A DNA stretch of 64,000 nt from an uncultured delta proteobacterium (GCA_963840855.1 CAWJBB010000087.1:108235-172234), one strand, 5' to 3'. Shown: positions 45,736-56,606, counted from the stretch's first letter. The notes: generated by a model from the sequence alone, not told the origin. Program-made: numbers and translations.

Positions 45736-45972
45736 ATGAAGGACTGCTATTTTTGCAAGGGAAAGTTGATTGAACAAAAGGTCAAAGTTGATTTTCGCTG
45801 GGGCCAAAAACTCAAGATTATAGAGAACGTTCCAGCGAATGTGTGTCAGCAGTGCGGCGAGCAGTACTTTCAATCCGGCGTTTACAAGGCTATGGAAAAA
45901 CTGGCGGCGTCTCGGAAGAAACCGTCGTCGCGGCTGACCGTCGATGTCCATCGGTTCAAAGCCGCTATGTAA
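45736..45972 (+). CDS. YgiT/MqsA-type zinc-finger antitoxin
   Basis: CYFCKG...IENVPANVCQQCGE. Confidence 0.85.
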   Translation: MKDCYFCKGKLIEQKVKVDFRWGQKLKIIENVPANVCQQCGEQYFQSGVYKAMEKLAASRKKPSSRLTVDVHRFKAAM

Positions 45973-45985
45973 TCACAACGTAGAG

Positions 45986-47098
45986 TCACCTATGGTTTAG
46001 CTTCGAACCGTATCCCTGTCTTTTCGAAATATCCAGCAAGTCATCTACCACCGGTTTTAACAGCGGAATTCCTTCTTTGCTCCGGATCGCTTCCGCTTCT
46101 CGCTCCGGATCGCCCGGAATGAGCGGGCCATTGGTGCCGGGAGCGGGTTTTGTTTTTCGGAAAACTTGAATCCACTCGTCGATCTGTTTTTTGAATTCGT
46201 CCTTGTCGATGAAACCGTCGATCTGCATGGCGCCGAAAAAGTGGCCGATGCCTTTGCCGACGCTGCGCGCGGGGATTTCTTGCCGGAGCGCGAAGGGTGG
46301 CGCGAAGGGACCCCAGTTGGCGCCGCTCAAGACGCAACAAAGAATATCAACCATCGAAGCAAGGCCATAGCCTTTGTGGCCGCCCATTTCCCGATTGGAA
46401 CCGAGGGGCAATTGCGCGCCGCCGTCGATCATGTCGCGCGGATCGGTCGTGTCGCGGCCTTCTTTGTCGATGATCCAACCGTTGGGTATCGATTGGTTCT
46501 TGCGCAATGCGATTTCGATTTTTCCATAGGCCACCGCGCTGGTGGCCATATCGATGACGACGGGCGGCTCTTTATAGCCGGGGAAGGCAATCGCAATGGG
46601 GTTTGTTCCGAGCATTCTCTCCGCGCCCCAAAGAGGGGCGACGAGCTTGGTCGAATTGGTCATCGCCCAGCCGATGAGGTCCCGCTCGAGCGCTTGCAAG
46701 GGATAATAGCCCGCGAAGCCGAAATGATTGGTGTTGCACACGCTGACCCAGCCGGAGCCATGCCGCTCGGCTTTGTCCATGGCTGTCTCGTTGGCTTTCG
46801 GCCCAACGACGAGGCCCAAGCCGTTGTCGCCGTCGACGGTCGCCACACTGGCTTTTTCACGGACGATCCTGATCTTCGGTTTGGGGTTGATTCTGCCGAG
46901 CTCCAGCATCTCGAAGTAAGTATGTAGCCGCGCGACGCCATGCGAGTCGATGCCGCGCAAATCACTCTTTATCAGTACGTCGGCGGCAAGCGCGGCGTCG
47001 GCTGCGCCGACGCCAAAATGCATGAATACCGCAGTGGCAAAGTCGCGGAGATACGCGGCGGGGAATTTATGGAATTCTTGGTCGTCCATTTTGAGCAT
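45986..47098 (-). CDS. Ldh_2 family (malate/L-lactate/sulfolactate dehydrogenase-like)
   Basis: DLRGIDSHG, NHFG, GTNPIA, DMATS, GHKGYGL. Confidence 0.9.
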   Translation of the reverse strand: MLKMDDQEFHKFPAAYLRDFATAVFMHFGVGAADAALAADVLIKSDLRGIDSHGVARLHTYFEMLELGRINPKPKIRIVREKASVATVDGDNGLGLVVGPKANETAMDKAERHGSGWVSVCNTNHFGFAGYYPLQALERDLIGWAMTNSTKLVAPLWGAERMLGTNPIAIAFPGYKEPPVVIDMATSAVAYGKIEIALRKNQSIPNGWIIDKEGRDTTDPRDMIDGGAQLPLGSNREMGGHKGYGLASMVDILCCVLSGANWGPFAPPFALRQEIPARSVGKGIGHFFGAMQIDGFIDKDEFKKQIDEWIQVFRKTKPAPGTNGPLIPGDPEREAEAIRSKEGIPLLKPVVDDLLDISKRQGYGSKLNHR

Positions 47099-47127
47099 GT
47101 CCTTGTCTGAAACATCGTCAACGACTA

Positions 47128-47204
47128 CGTTCAAGGTTCAATGTTCAAAGTTCAACGTTTCAATGCGGTTCGGATTTTGAACTTTAAACTTGAAATTCTG
47201 AACG
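47128..47204. repeat. 7-nt TTCAA/TTGAA inverted tandem array (a related array lies at about 35104-35193)
   Basis: gttcaag gttcaat gttcaaa gttcaac ... ttgaact ttaaact tgaaatt ctgaacg. Confidence 0.7.
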
Positions 47205-47259
47205 CCCGGCCTTAGATGTCGCAACAAGGTAACTAAAGTGGCGCGGCGGAGTCAATCCG

Positions 47260-48297
47260 TCATTGGCCGTTCTTGGGAAGAAGGAATTGAAAAAGCAAGG
47301 TGCGTTGCAACGGAAAAAAGTTGTCGTCGGAAACCATAAAGATCATCGTACCCTCGCCGGTCTCCATTACCGCGACGCCTTCGAAGTTGTCGGTATGTAA
47401 CGGTGGTTCGAGCCGAAGTAGCTCTTCTCCCCTAAGGGTAGCGCCCGGCCGGATATGGTCCGCCTTGATCAGTGTCAGCCGCGCGGAAAAACGCAGGGGC
47501 AGGCTATGACGCCGTTCCACTACGATTACGTCGCCGTTTTTGAGCGCGGACGAGTCCGATACGCTGAAGCCGCTGTCGGGTTGATAAGACAGCTCCGCGA
47601 AACCAGCGTCGTCCACCAACCAGGCCTTCAAGCTTCCATCGGGATTTTCAAACTCTTCGGCGATGGTGAAAATCCGTCCGTCGGGCAGGACGCTAACCGC
47701 CTCAAGGCCGCCGTTTCGAGGGGCTTTAAATATCTCACTCGGCATCGAAACCGGCACCGCCGGACTTGAAAATGTCTCGGGTGGAGCGCGATAACGCCAG
47801 ACCCGGTGGGCGTGTTCAAACCCGACGATAAACGATCCATCCGGCGCCTGGGCGAGCGCCTCGGCATCCGCTAACAACTTATTGACGGGCTTCTTTTCAG
47901 GAGTAAGCAGGGGCGCGATGTCCCAATCCGCTAGATTCAACAACCGGCCGCTGGAGTCGAGATGCATGCGCGCGGACAACCAGAAGCCGCGGTCGGAGAC
48001 CGCGTAAAGCTTGCCGTCCGCGCCAATCGCGAGTCCGGAGAAGCCGCCGAAACGCAAGTTCTTCGAACTTAGCTGGAACGCGCCCAGAAGTTTTAACCGG
48101 TCGAATTCAACCCGCTTGGGATTCTGCTTATCGATCTCGATTGGGAGTAACTCGACGCGGAGATCGTTCGCCGCCGACGGGGAGACAAAAAATTCGCCGC
48201 ACGCGGATATTTCAGCAATAACAAAAGCGGCAAGCAAAAAGGCAGTGAATCGGTTGGATTTCACGAGAATGTTTGACGTAGCATATCTTGCCATCAT
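47260..48297 (-). CDS. Esterase-like phytase-family beta-propeller protein
   Basis: FGGFSGL, VSDRG, DAEAL, NGGLEA, DNFEGV, VSDDNF. Confidence 0.8.
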   Translation of the reverse strand: MMARYATSNILVKSNRFTAFLLAAFVIAEISACGEFFVSPSAANDLRVELLPIEIDKQNPKRVEFDRLKLLGAFQLSSKNLRFGGFSGLAIGADGKLYAVSDRGFWLSARMHLDSSGRLLNLADWDIAPLLTPEKKPVNKLLADAEALAQAPDGSFIVGFEHAHRVWRYRAPPETFSSPAVPVSMPSEIFKAPRNGGLEAVSVLPDGRIFTIAEEFENPDGSLKAWLVDDAGFAELSYQPDSGFSVSDSSALKNGDVIVVERRHSLPLRFSARLTLIKADHIRPGATLRGEELLRLEPPLHTDNFEGVAVMETGEGTMIFMVSDDNFFPLQRTLLFQFLLPKNGQ

Positions 48298-48538
48298 CGC
48301 ACTCAATGGGCGGCGACTCAAGCACAAGGGTGACGTTCCAGGTTCGCAGCCGGTGAACCGGCAAGGCTGGAATTGTTCGCTACCGCGGGTTGCGCTATCG
48401 TTTTCGCAGTTGAACGGCAAGGAATGCGAAACAGCGGTTGGCCAGTAGAGGCAGGTAGCTTGCCAGTCAGACTGAGGCTGATCACAAATCAAGCTTCCGG
48501 CTCGGCCTGAAGTACATGACTGAAATAAGGGGAAAGAA

Positions 48539-49561
48539 ATGAAAATCGTTGAGATTGCAAGGCTAGTGAATGGAGAATTACGAGGTGAGGAAAGCGTGGA
48601 CATCAGCGGTATCGCAGCGCTGGAAAGCGCTGGCCCCGCGGACCTTACATTCGTTGATGGCGCACGCGCGCTCGAGCAGGCGAAGCGCTCGACGGCGGGT
48701 TGCTTTCTCGTTCCATTGAATAGTGTGCTGCCGGGGAAAACAACCATCGCCGTAAGCCATCCCAAGGTAGCGTTGATCAAAGCCGCGGCAGCGCTTCTAC
48801 CGGCGCGGTGCCCGGAGCCGGGCATCGATCCAACCGCGGTGGTCGCTTCCAGCGCGCGGGTGGCGCAAGATGCCAGCATCGGGGCGCAAGCGGTGATCGA
48901 AGCCGGCGCAAACATCGGCGCGCGCACGCATATCGCCGCCGGGGCATGCATCGGGCGCGGCGTGGAGATCGGCGCTGACTGCATGATTCATCCGCGCGTA
49001 ACCATTTATCCGGACGTTCGTGTCGGCAATCGCGTGGTTATTCACTCAGGCGTGGTGATTGGCTGCGACGGGTTCGGCTATGTTTTCGCCGAAGGCTGTC
49101 AACAAAAGTTTCCCCAGCTCGGAAGAACCATCATCGAGGACGACGTTGAAATCGGCGCTAATACGACCATCGACCGCGGCTCCTTGGGCGACACCGTCAT
49201 CGGCGAGGGTAGCAAGATCGACAACCTGGTGCAGATCGCACATAACGTGACCGTTGGGCGCCACTGTGTGATCGCCGCGCAGGTCGGAATCGCCGGCAGC
49301 GTCCGCATCGGCGATTACGTGATGTTCGGCGGCCAGGCCGGTGTCGGCGACCGGGCGCGCATCGAAGATCAAGCTATGATCGGCGGCGGCGCTGGTGTGT
49401 TGCCGGGTAAGTTGGTACGTCGCGGCGTCTTTGTATGGGGTACGCCCGCAAGGCCCTTGCCGGAATACAAGGAAACTTACGGGCAGATTATGAAGCTAGG
49501 GAAGCTCGCCAAAAAAGTGGACGAGTTGTCGGAACGGGTAAAAGCAGGATCAGCGACGTAG
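48539..49561 (+). CDS. lpxD: UDP-3-O-(3-hydroxyacyl)glucosamine N-acyltransferase
   Basis: Hexapeptide repeats; [26 protein letters not shown]. Confidence 0.95.
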   Translation: MKIVEIARLVNGELRGEESVDISGIAALESAGPADLTFVDGARALEQAKRSTAGCFLVPLNSVLPGKTTIAVSHPKVALIKAAAALLPARCPEPGIDPTAVVASSARVAQDASIGAQAVIEAGANIGARTHIAAGACIGRGVEIGADCMIHPRVTIYPDVRVGNRVVIHSGVVIGCDGFGYVFAEGCQQKFPQLGRTIIEDDVEIGANTTIDRGSLGDTVIGEGSKIDNLVQIAHNVTVGRHCVIAAQVGIAGSVRIGDYVMFGGQAGVGDRARIEDQAMIGGGAGVLPGKLVRRGVFVWGTPARPLPEYKETYGQIMKLGKLAKKVDELSERVKAGSAT

Positions 49562-49589
49562 AATACGGCATGGGATGACAGTGTAACGG

Positions 49590-50639
49590 TCATCGCTGCA
49601 AATATTTTTTGGTGAGGTTCTTGACGAAATCCTGCACGCCGGGAGAAACAGTAAGCAACTGGCGCAGGATCGCTTCTGCCTCCTTAGCCGAAAGAAGTTC
49701 GGCGTCATCCCCCGCTATACGGGTAAGCTCAGCTGTGAATTCCTTGTCGCCCTCGAGCCGGGAAAAGGCTTCGCGCAGCAGCCGCGCGACATCGCGTGGG
49801 GTGTTTGCGGGAGCGAAGAGAGGCCGTCCCGCGCCGTCCGCTCCAGCCCAGCTTACGTAGGCTTGCCAGGCGACGCCCGCGGGCCGCTTTTTGTCGATGA
49901 GCTCGGCGAATGTTGGCACCTTCGGAAACTCCGGTCGGCGCTGAAAATTTCCCGATGCCCCAAGCCTGCCTTGCTGGACAAAGGGCTGAAACCCAGCGGC
50001 AATCAGTTCCTGAAGCCCCGGCAAGTTGGCGGACGCGTACAGATCGGTTTCGCCGCGTTGAAACGCAAGCCGCATCTCTCCGCCTCCACCGTAGCCTAAG
50101 ATCCAACGTACGTTCCACTTTAGATATTCCGCGCCCCATAAATACATCGTGTTCCAACTGTCGTCACCGGTTCGAGAGCCCACCGCCAAGGCGGGTTTAG
50201 ACGGGTCGGTTAACCGGTCGAGCTTTTCCGGTCTGACCATTCCAACTGACGTGCTTCGGACAATGCTTCCGAGCAACTCCCAGTTTTTCAAATCGAATTT
50301 TACTCCCTCGCCGCCGAAAACCTGCTGGGTGATGGAGCTTGAACTTATATATTGAAGGGTCAAGCCGTCGGCTTTGGCAAGCGACTCAAACCAATTCGCG
50401 GCCACCATGCCGCCGGCGCCCGGCATATTCCGGACAATCAGGGTCGGATTACCTGGAATATACCGCCCAAGAAAACGCGCCAAAAGTCTGGCCTCGCCAT
50501 CCACGCCGCCACCGCTGGGATAGCCCATGATAATCGTGACCGTTTTTCCTTTAAAAAATTCCTGCGCAGGCAGTTGGCCGCAATTGAACAAAAACACCAA
50601 CTGAACGACCAAGAGGAGTGAATTCCGCGACATCGACAT
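49590..50639 (-). CDS. TctC/Bug tripartite tricarboxylate transporter substrate-binding protein
   Basis: GGGVD..AR, IPGNP..IVRNMPGAGG, GY.GGGE.RLA..RGE. Confidence 0.85.
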   Translation of the reverse strand: MSMSRNSLLLVVQLVFLFNCGQLPAQEFFKGKTVTIIMGYPSGGGVDGEARLLARFLGRYIPGNPTLIVRNMPGAGGMVAANWFESLAKADGLTLQYISSSSITQQVFGGEGVKFDLKNWELLGSIVRSTSVGMVRPEKLDRLTDPSKPALAVGSRTGDDSWNTMYLWGAEYLKWNVRWILGYGGGGEMRLAFQRGETDLYASANLPGLQELIAAGFQPFVQQGRLGASGNFQRRPEFPKVPTFAELIDKKRPAGVAWQAYVSWAGADGAGRPLFAPANTPRDVARLLREAFSRLEGDKEFTAELTRIAGDDAELLSAKEAEAILRQLLTVSPGVQDFVKNLTKKYLQR

Positions 50640-50836
50640 TCTCCCTCGAAATTTAAATGGTGCCTGCCAGGCGGAAGTAAGCTATCCGCGCAGAGCATTT
50701 CTTGTCAACACCTCGAGGCAGGCAACTAACCTTGGCTTGACACGAAACCATGACCACCGTTATAGGGAGGATGTTTTTGGCTTGATGTCTCATTCGGGGG
50801 TGGTTAACGTCCCCTGCCGTCAAGCAAAGAAAATAT

Positions 50837-50920
50837 CCGTCATGCCCGCGAACGCGGGCATCCAGTTTGGCAGCCGAGAGGACACAAAAACCTGGATTCC
50901 CGCTTTCGCGGGAAAGACGG
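50837..50920. repeat. REP-like double palindrome
   Basis: ccgtcatgcccgcgaacgcgggcatccag ... ctggattcccgctttcgcgggaaagacgg. Confidence 0.8.
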
Positions 50921-51042
50921 AAGGGGAAAGTCTGTTTCGAGCAGAAGAATACTTGAATCGATCATTTCCACCGCAATGTCGAAGAACATGCGTGCCACTC
51001 CATGGATGCTATGCTGATAGCCGCGAAAGGAAGCCTAAATAA

Positions 51043-53283
51043 ATGACCGCAAAGGAAGCTAATTATTCCATTGTCGGCACTTCGGTCCGGCGCGTCGATG
51101 GCGCTGACAAAGTTACCGGCAAAGCGAAGTATACGGGCGATCTTGTCGTTCCAGGGTTGATAGAGGGGAAGTTTCTGCGCAGCCCCTACGCTCACGCGCG
51201 AATTGTTTCCATCGATACTAGCGAGGCGGAAGCGATGGCGGGTGTCGTGGCGGTGCTGACGCGCAAAGATTTTAGCGATATTAGCCCCTATATCGGCCGA
51301 GGCAAAACCAAGGACCACCCGATTATCGCCCTCGATCGCGCAATTTTCGCGGGGCAACCGGTGGCGGCGGTGGCCGCCCTCGATCGCGCGACGGCCGAAG
51401 AGGCAATGGGCAAAATACATGTCGAGTATGAAGAACTGAAGCCCGTGATCGACGTTGACGAAGCGATGGCCGATGGCGCGCCACTGGTGCACGACTTCGC
51501 GCCGCGAAACATCTGTTTTCAAACCGAACTGGTCAAAGGAAACGTCGAGCAAGGCTTTGCCGAAGCCGACGAGATCTTCGAGGACTCCTTCGAGTTCCCG
51601 ATGATTTTTCACTATTCGATGGAGCCGCACACGGCGATTGCGCAATTGGACAGCGACGGCATCCAGGTATGGACTTCCACCGGGCATCCCTTCGGCGTGC
51701 GCCAGGAGGTAGCTGAAATCTTCAACTATCCGTTGGCAAAAGTTCGTGTGCACGTGAATTTTGTCGGCGGCGCCTACGGCGGCAAGTCGGGCGGAAAGAT
51801 CGAGCCGCTGGTGGTGGCGCTGGCGCGCAAAGCGCAAAGGCCGGTAAGAGTGGTACAGAGTTTCTCCGAGGCGATGGTGACCTGCCGCCGTCACGCCATC
51901 AAGTGCAAAGTAAAAACCGGCGTGAAAAAGGATGGCACCTTGGTGGCCAAACAAGCGGAGATCTACCTTAACACCGGCGCGCATACCGAAACCGGCCCGA
52001 CGGTCACAGGGCGGACGTTGACGCGTATTCTCGGCCCCTATCGTTATCCCAATCTCAAGATCAACTCGTATTGCATTTTCACCAATACGGTTTCCGCTGC
52101 TTCTTTTCGATCAATCGGCGGGCCCCAGACGGCCTGGGCCACGGAATCCCAACTGGATATCATCGCGCAAAAACTTGGCATCGATCCGGTTGAGTTGCGC
52201 TTAAAGAATTTAGTGAAAAAAGGCGAGGAGATAAGACCCAAGTACAGGCCCCTCGATGCGGACCTGTTCAAAGGACTCAAGTTGGTCACCGACAAACTCG
52301 GATGGGATGGCCCGGTGTCGAAAGAGGGGCGTGGCCGGGGAGTCGGCTTTGGCACCACCGATCCGGGGGCGCCCCTGGCTTCGACGTCGACCGTTCACGT
52401 GCTCGCGGATGGCAGCGTAGTACTTTTGTGCGGCACCTCTGAGCTGGGCCAGGGGGCGAAAACCGTGATGAGCCAGATCGCCGCCGAAGAGCTGCGCGTT
52501 CGACTTGAGAGGGTCACGATCCAGCCCATCGACACGGGTTATACGCCTTTCGACCGCTCGACGGGATCGAGCCGCTCGACCACGGTGATGGGAAAAGCGG
52601 TGGAACTCGCGGGCGCCGATGGGCGCCAGCAAATCCTCGAACTGGCTATCGAGCACTTCGAATGCCCGGAGGACGCAGTCACTCTTCAAGATGGCATGGC
52701 GATGGCCGGCGGCAAGAAAATTTCTTACGGCGAATTGATCCATAAACATTTTGCCATGCAGGGCGGCGAGCTGGTGGGAAGGGGCTACGCGCACAGCGGC
52801 ATGGCGCCGACGCCTGCCAACCCGCTTTTTTGGGAAATCGGCATCGGCGCGGTGGAACTGGCAGTGGATCGGGAAACCGGCCAGGTTCACGTCGAAAAAT
52901 ACATCACCGCGGCGGACGCCGGCAAAGCGCTCCATCCGCTCCAGTGTGAGGGACAAGACGAAGGCTCGGCAATGATGGGTTTCGGCCACACGTTTTATGA
53001 GTCTTACCAATTCGAAGGCGGCCAGATCGTCAATTCGACCCTGGTGGATTATAAAGTGCCGACTTTTAACGACGTGCCCCATGAGTTCGAATCGATTTTA
53101 ATCGAAGACGGTAACGGACCAGGCCCCTATGGCGCCAAAGGGTTGGGCGAGGGCGGGATTATTCCCGTGGCGCCGGCGGTGGCCAACGCGGTAGCGTGGT
53201 GCACCGGCGCGAGAGTGAAAAGCTTGCCGCTTACACCGGAAAAAGTTTGGCGGGCGCTTTGCGAAAAAGACAAGAACCGCTGA
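51043..53283 (+). CDS. Xanthine dehydrogenase-family molybdopterin-binding subunit
   Basis: RVDG.DKVTG.A.Y, RSPYAHA, VGGAYGGK, FRSIG, ELGQG, GAKGLGE. Confidence 0.95.
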   Translation: MTAKEANYSIVGTSVRRVDGADKVTGKAKYTGDLVVPGLIEGKFLRSPYAHARIVSIDTSEAEAMAGVVAVLTRKDFSDISPYIGRGKTKDHPIIALDRAIFAGQPVAAVAALDRATAEEAMGKIHVEYEELKPVIDVDEAMADGAPLVHDFAPRNICFQTELVKGNVEQGFAEADEIFEDSFEFPMIFHYSMEPHTAIAQLDSDGIQVWTSTGHPFGVRQEVAEIFNYPLAKVRVHVNFVGGAYGGKSGGKIEPLVVALARKAQRPVRVVQSFSEAMVTCRRHAIKCKVKTGVKKDGTLVAKQAEIYLNTGAHTETGPTVTGRTLTRILGPYRYPNLKINSYCIFTNTVSAASFRSIGGPQTAWATESQLDIIAQKLGIDPVELRLKNLVKKGEEIRPKYRPLDADLFKGLKLVTDKLGWDGPVSKEGRGRGVGFGTTDPGAPLASTSTVHVLADGSVVLLCGTSELGQGAKTVMSQIAAEELRVRLERVTIQPIDTGYTPFDRSTGSSRSTTVMGKAVELAGADGRQQILELAIEHFECPEDAVTLQDGMAMAGGKKISYGELIHKHFAMQGGELVGRGYAHSGMAPTPANPLFWEIGIGAVELAVDRETGQVHVEKYITAADAGKALHPLQCEGQDEGSAMMGFGHTFYESYQFEGGQIVNSTLVDYKVPTFNDVPHEFESILIEDGNGPGPYGAKGLGEGGIIPVAPAVANAVAWCTGARVKSLPLTPEKVWRALCEKDKNR

Positions 53284-53494
53284 CTCGCGCAAAGACGAAA
53301 AAGATCCGAAATGGGTTTCCCCTAACTTTGCGTCTTGGCGTCTTGGCGGGAGATGAATCCGATTCCGGAGAAGAGTATCCTCGCGCAAAGCATGTCCTGA
53401 GCTACGTCGAAGGGGCGCAAAGACGCCAAGGTTTTCGGAAAATCTATCTTAAAGTAAGAATCTAACGAGGCCGGCGTCTCGGGGGAGGAACTGT

Positions 53495-53992
53495 ATGAAA
53501 CCGGAAAAAGCGCAACTGGTGGTCCAGGGGCTCAAAGAAGCGGGCGTCGATTTCGCCGCCGGGGTTCCCGACGCCCAGTTCATCGAAGTCTACAAGATGC
53601 TCGCCGAAGATCGCGATATTCACTACGTCGGCGCGGCCAACGAAGCGGAAGCAACGGGCATCGGTTTCGGAGCTTGGTTTGGCGGCAAAAAGCCGGCGCT
53701 GATTCTCGCCACCTCCGGTCTGCTAGTCGCGACTTATCACCTGGCGCGCATCAATTTGTTGCACGAAGTGCCGGTGCTCGTGGTGATTCCCTACCGGGGC
53801 GATATCGGCGACCCGCGCTGGCTGGGGCTTTACAAGAAAACCACCGAGCCCGGTCTCAAGGCCATGGATATACCCTATCGCGTGGTGAGCCGGCCGGAGG
53901 ACATCAAAAGAACGATCAAAGATTGCAACGAGTCCGCCCGGGCTTGGCTCAAACCCGTCGCCGTGTTGCTCAATGAGGAGGCATTATGGTAA
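53495..53992 (+). CDS. ThDP-dependent decarboxylase alpha subunit (sulfopyruvate decarboxylase ComD-like)
   Basis: GVPD, NEAEATGI..GA..GGKKP, SGL, YRGDIG. Confidence 0.75.
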   Translation: MKPEKAQLVVQGLKEAGVDFAAGVPDAQFIEVYKMLAEDRDIHYVGAANEAEATGIGFGAWFGGKKPALILATSGLLVATYHLARINLLHEVPVLVVIPYRGDIGDPRWLGLYKKTTEPGLKAMDIPYRVVSRPEDIKRTIKDCNESARAWLKPVAVLLNEEALW

Positions 53993-54612
53993 CGCGATTT
54001 ACTTTGCTCAAGGAGCTGTCCGCCTTGGTCCCCGATGACGTGTTGGTGCTCACCAGCATCGGCAACAACAGCGGCTTCTGGGGCCAGCTCAAAGACCGGG
54101 AAGCTAATCTTTTTCATCTGACCATGGGTATGTGCAGCTCGACGGCGCTGGGCCTTTCGCTGGCGTTGCCCAACCGAAAAATCGTCGCCCTCGACTCCGA
54201 CGGCAACCTTACGCTAAACCTCGGTGTCCTCGGTACCATCGCCAATCAGGCGCCGAAAAATTTGACCATCGTCGTCATGGACAATGGCAACTATCTCGGC
54301 AGTCACAAAGATGAGCCGGGCATGCCCACGGCGACCGCCGGCAAGATGAATTTGGAGGCAGTGGCCAAGGGCTGCGGCATCGAGAGCGCGTGCACCATCG
54401 AAGATGTCGCGGCGTTTCGCGCCAAGATTCAGAGCGCGCTTGCCAGCGCCGGCCCGCATTTAATTCGCGCGCGCGTTGAAGCCCTCGACCAAGACGGCCC
54501 CAAGAAATCTAAACGCGTGCCCGACCCGCGTGAGAACAAGTACCAGTTCGCAGGTTACATCCAAAGGACCGAAGGCGTGGAGATCCTCGGCAGCGGTCTC
54601 GGCGGAGGATGA
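53986..54612 (+). CDS. ThDP-dependent decarboxylase beta subunit (ComE-like)
   Basis: MG.....LGL.LA.P, DSDGN...NLG.L.T, DNGNY ThDP motif. Confidence 0.75.
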   Translation: MVTRFTLLKELSALVPDDVLVLTSIGNNSGFWGQLKDREANLFHLTMGMCSSTALGLSLALPNRKIVALDSDGNLTLNLGVLGTIANQAPKNLTIVVMDNGNYLGSHKDEPGMPTATAGKMNLEAVAKGCGIESACTIEDVAAFRAKIQSALASAGPHLIRARVEALDQDGPKKSKRVPDPRENKYQFAGYIQRTEGVEILGSGLGGG

Positions 54613-55580
54613 AAATGATTTACAAGGTGCCCCGGCTGGCTCTCCTCTTGGCGCTGTACGTCATCTCCTCCAGTGTTGCCGCAGCGCAAACCAAGATGAC
54701 GATGGCGTATTCGTCAATCGGCCCGATGGCAACCGGCGTCTGGATGGCGAAGGAAAGCGGCGCTTTCGACAGATACGGCATTCAAGCCGATGTTATTTTG
54801 ATCACCTCGGGTCCGGTAGCTGTGCAAGCCCTGATCGGCGGGGATCTGCACGCGGTTAGCGCGGCCAGCAACGCGGTGATTAACGCGATCTTGAGCGGCG
54901 CGCCGATCATCGCCGTGGGCGGGACGGCCAACCGGCCTTATCATAGGCTCTTCGTCCAGCCGGAGATCAACCGGCTTGAAGATCTGCGGGGTAAGACGCT
55001 GGGCGTCACACGGTTCGGATCGATCACAGATAACTTGACGCGGATTCTCTTGCGCCGAAACGGTTTGGAAGGCGCAGTCAACGTCCGGCAAATGGGTGGA
55101 ACAATCGAAGTGGCGGCCGCCTTTCAGAATCGCTTGATTGCGGGCGCCGTTACTTCTGAATTGCGCGTGACTCCGCCGAGCCAGCCCAAGATCCTGGTGC
55201 GGCTCGTGGAGATGGGAATTCCGTATTCCATGAACATGATCGCAGTGCAGCGCGAGTACTATCGACGCAATCCTGAAGCAGTCGAGAAAATCGTGCGAGC
55301 TTACGCCGATGGGATTGCGTTCCTGAATCAGAATAAGGAGCGCGCGATAAAGATCATCACTAAACACTCGCGTCTCACCGACCCAAGGATGATCGAAGAG
55401 CATTATAACGACTCGGTGACTTATTTAGATCGCATTCCGCGAGCCGAACCCGAGGCGGTGCAAACGATCCTGGAGTTCATGGGCAAGAAAGGCATTCCGG
55501 CGGAAACTTTCCAGGACAATTCGATTATCGACAAGCTAACGCGCGAGGGGTTCTTCGAGAAACTGTACAAGAAGTCGTAG
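54609..55580 (+). CDS. ABC substrate-binding protein, NMT1/THI5-like
   Basis: Signal peptide, WMAKESG.F..YG, DLRGKTLGVTRFGS. Confidence 0.85.
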   Translation: MKMIYKVPRLALLLALYVISSSVAAAQTKMTMAYSSIGPMATGVWMAKESGAFDRYGIQADVILITSGPVAVQALIGGDLHAVSAASNAVINAILSGAPIIAVGGTANRPYHRLFVQPEINRLEDLRGKTLGVTRFGSITDNLTRILLRRNGLEGAVNVRQMGGTIEVAAAFQNRLIAGAVTSELRVTPPSQPKILVRLVEMGIPYSMNMIAVQREYYRRNPEAVEKIVRAYADGIAFLNQNKERAIKIITKHSRLTDPRMIEEHYNDSVTYLDRIPRAEPEAVQTILEFMGKKGIPAETFQDNSIIDKLTREGFFEKLYKKS

Positions 55581-55824
55581 TTCAAGTACCAGGATTCACC
55601 ACGAAGAGCCTAGCGCGGCGAAGCCGCAACCAACCGGCATGAAGAGATTTAACCACAAAGGGCACATAGAAAAGATTGTAGTGGGTAGATCTGGTGTCGG
55701 ATCGATCTGCGAAGATCCGCACCTCGCGAGACGCTCATGCCAGCACAACGTTCGATCAGGAATGACTTCGAGCTATGTGACTATGCCTCGGCGCGATCAA
55801 TGAATTCAGGCGGAGGATTGTCCG

Positions 55825-56559
55825 ATGACGAGAATCGTTACCCGTGGGTTGAAAGAGGAAAAGGACGGCATCGAGGGGTATATCGCTCATCCCGAGCGCG
55901 CCGAAAGGGGTCCCGGCTTGTTACTCATCCATCAGCATTCGGGCCTGACCGGATACTTGAAGAACGCGGCTTATAAATTCGCCCAGCTTGGTTACACGAC
56001 TGTGATTCCCAATCTTTATCACATGCTCGGCTACCCGGCGGAGCAGCACATCGACACGGGCACCGAGATTCAAAACAAAACGCCGGACCCGGATTTCGTT
56101 CGCGTCATCGACCGCGGCTGGCGCTATTGCCTTTCGCGCAACGACGTCGACGGCTCGCGGGTCGGTGTGATCGGCTACTGCATGGGCGGCAGAATCGGCA
56201 TCCACTTCTGCGCGGCGACGCCGGCGGCGCGCGCGTTCGTCGCCTACTATCCCTCGGTGCGAGAAGAAGAGCCGACTCGAATCAGCCCGCGCCATCCTTA
56301 CGACGCCGCGCGTGAAATCAAATGCCCGTCGATGGTGCTCTTTGGCGGTCAGGATCGCACCAGCACTTTTCCCATCCAAGTGAAAGTGATGGAGAACTTC
56401 CACGCCAACGGCCAGCCGTTGGAGTGGCATTACTTTCACTTCGGCAATCACGGTTTCGCATCGACCGAATCGGACGGCTATCAGCCTTATCTGGCCGACC
56501 TAGCCTGGCCGCTGGTGACGGAATTCTTGCGCCGCGAGTTGATCGGTCCCGCCCTGTAG
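55825..56559 (+). CDS. Dienelactone hydrolase family protein
   Basis: GYCMGG nucleophile elbow, GGQD, HGF. Confidence 0.9.
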   Translation: MTRIVTRGLKEEKDGIEGYIAHPERAERGPGLLLIHQHSGLTGYLKNAAYKFAQLGYTTVIPNLYHMLGYPAEQHIDTGTEIQNKTPDPDFVRVIDRGWRYCLSRNDVDGSRVGVIGYCMGGRIGIHFCAATPAARAFVAYYPSVREEEPTRISPRHPYDAAREIKCPSMVLFGGQDRTSTFPIQVKVMENFHANGQPLEWHYFHFGNHGFASTESDGYQPYLADLAWPLVTEFLRRELIGPAL

Positions 56560-56606
56560 CGCGGGAAATAACTTCGTTGCGAAATAAAAATCAGACCTTC
56601 TTCCCA

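Noticed and set aside
43706-53082. Long antisense ORFs (e.g. 43706-44806, 50962-51984, 52210-53082, and the 5' extension of 47260-48984)
   Set aside because: Shadows of GC-rich sense genes with no family motifs
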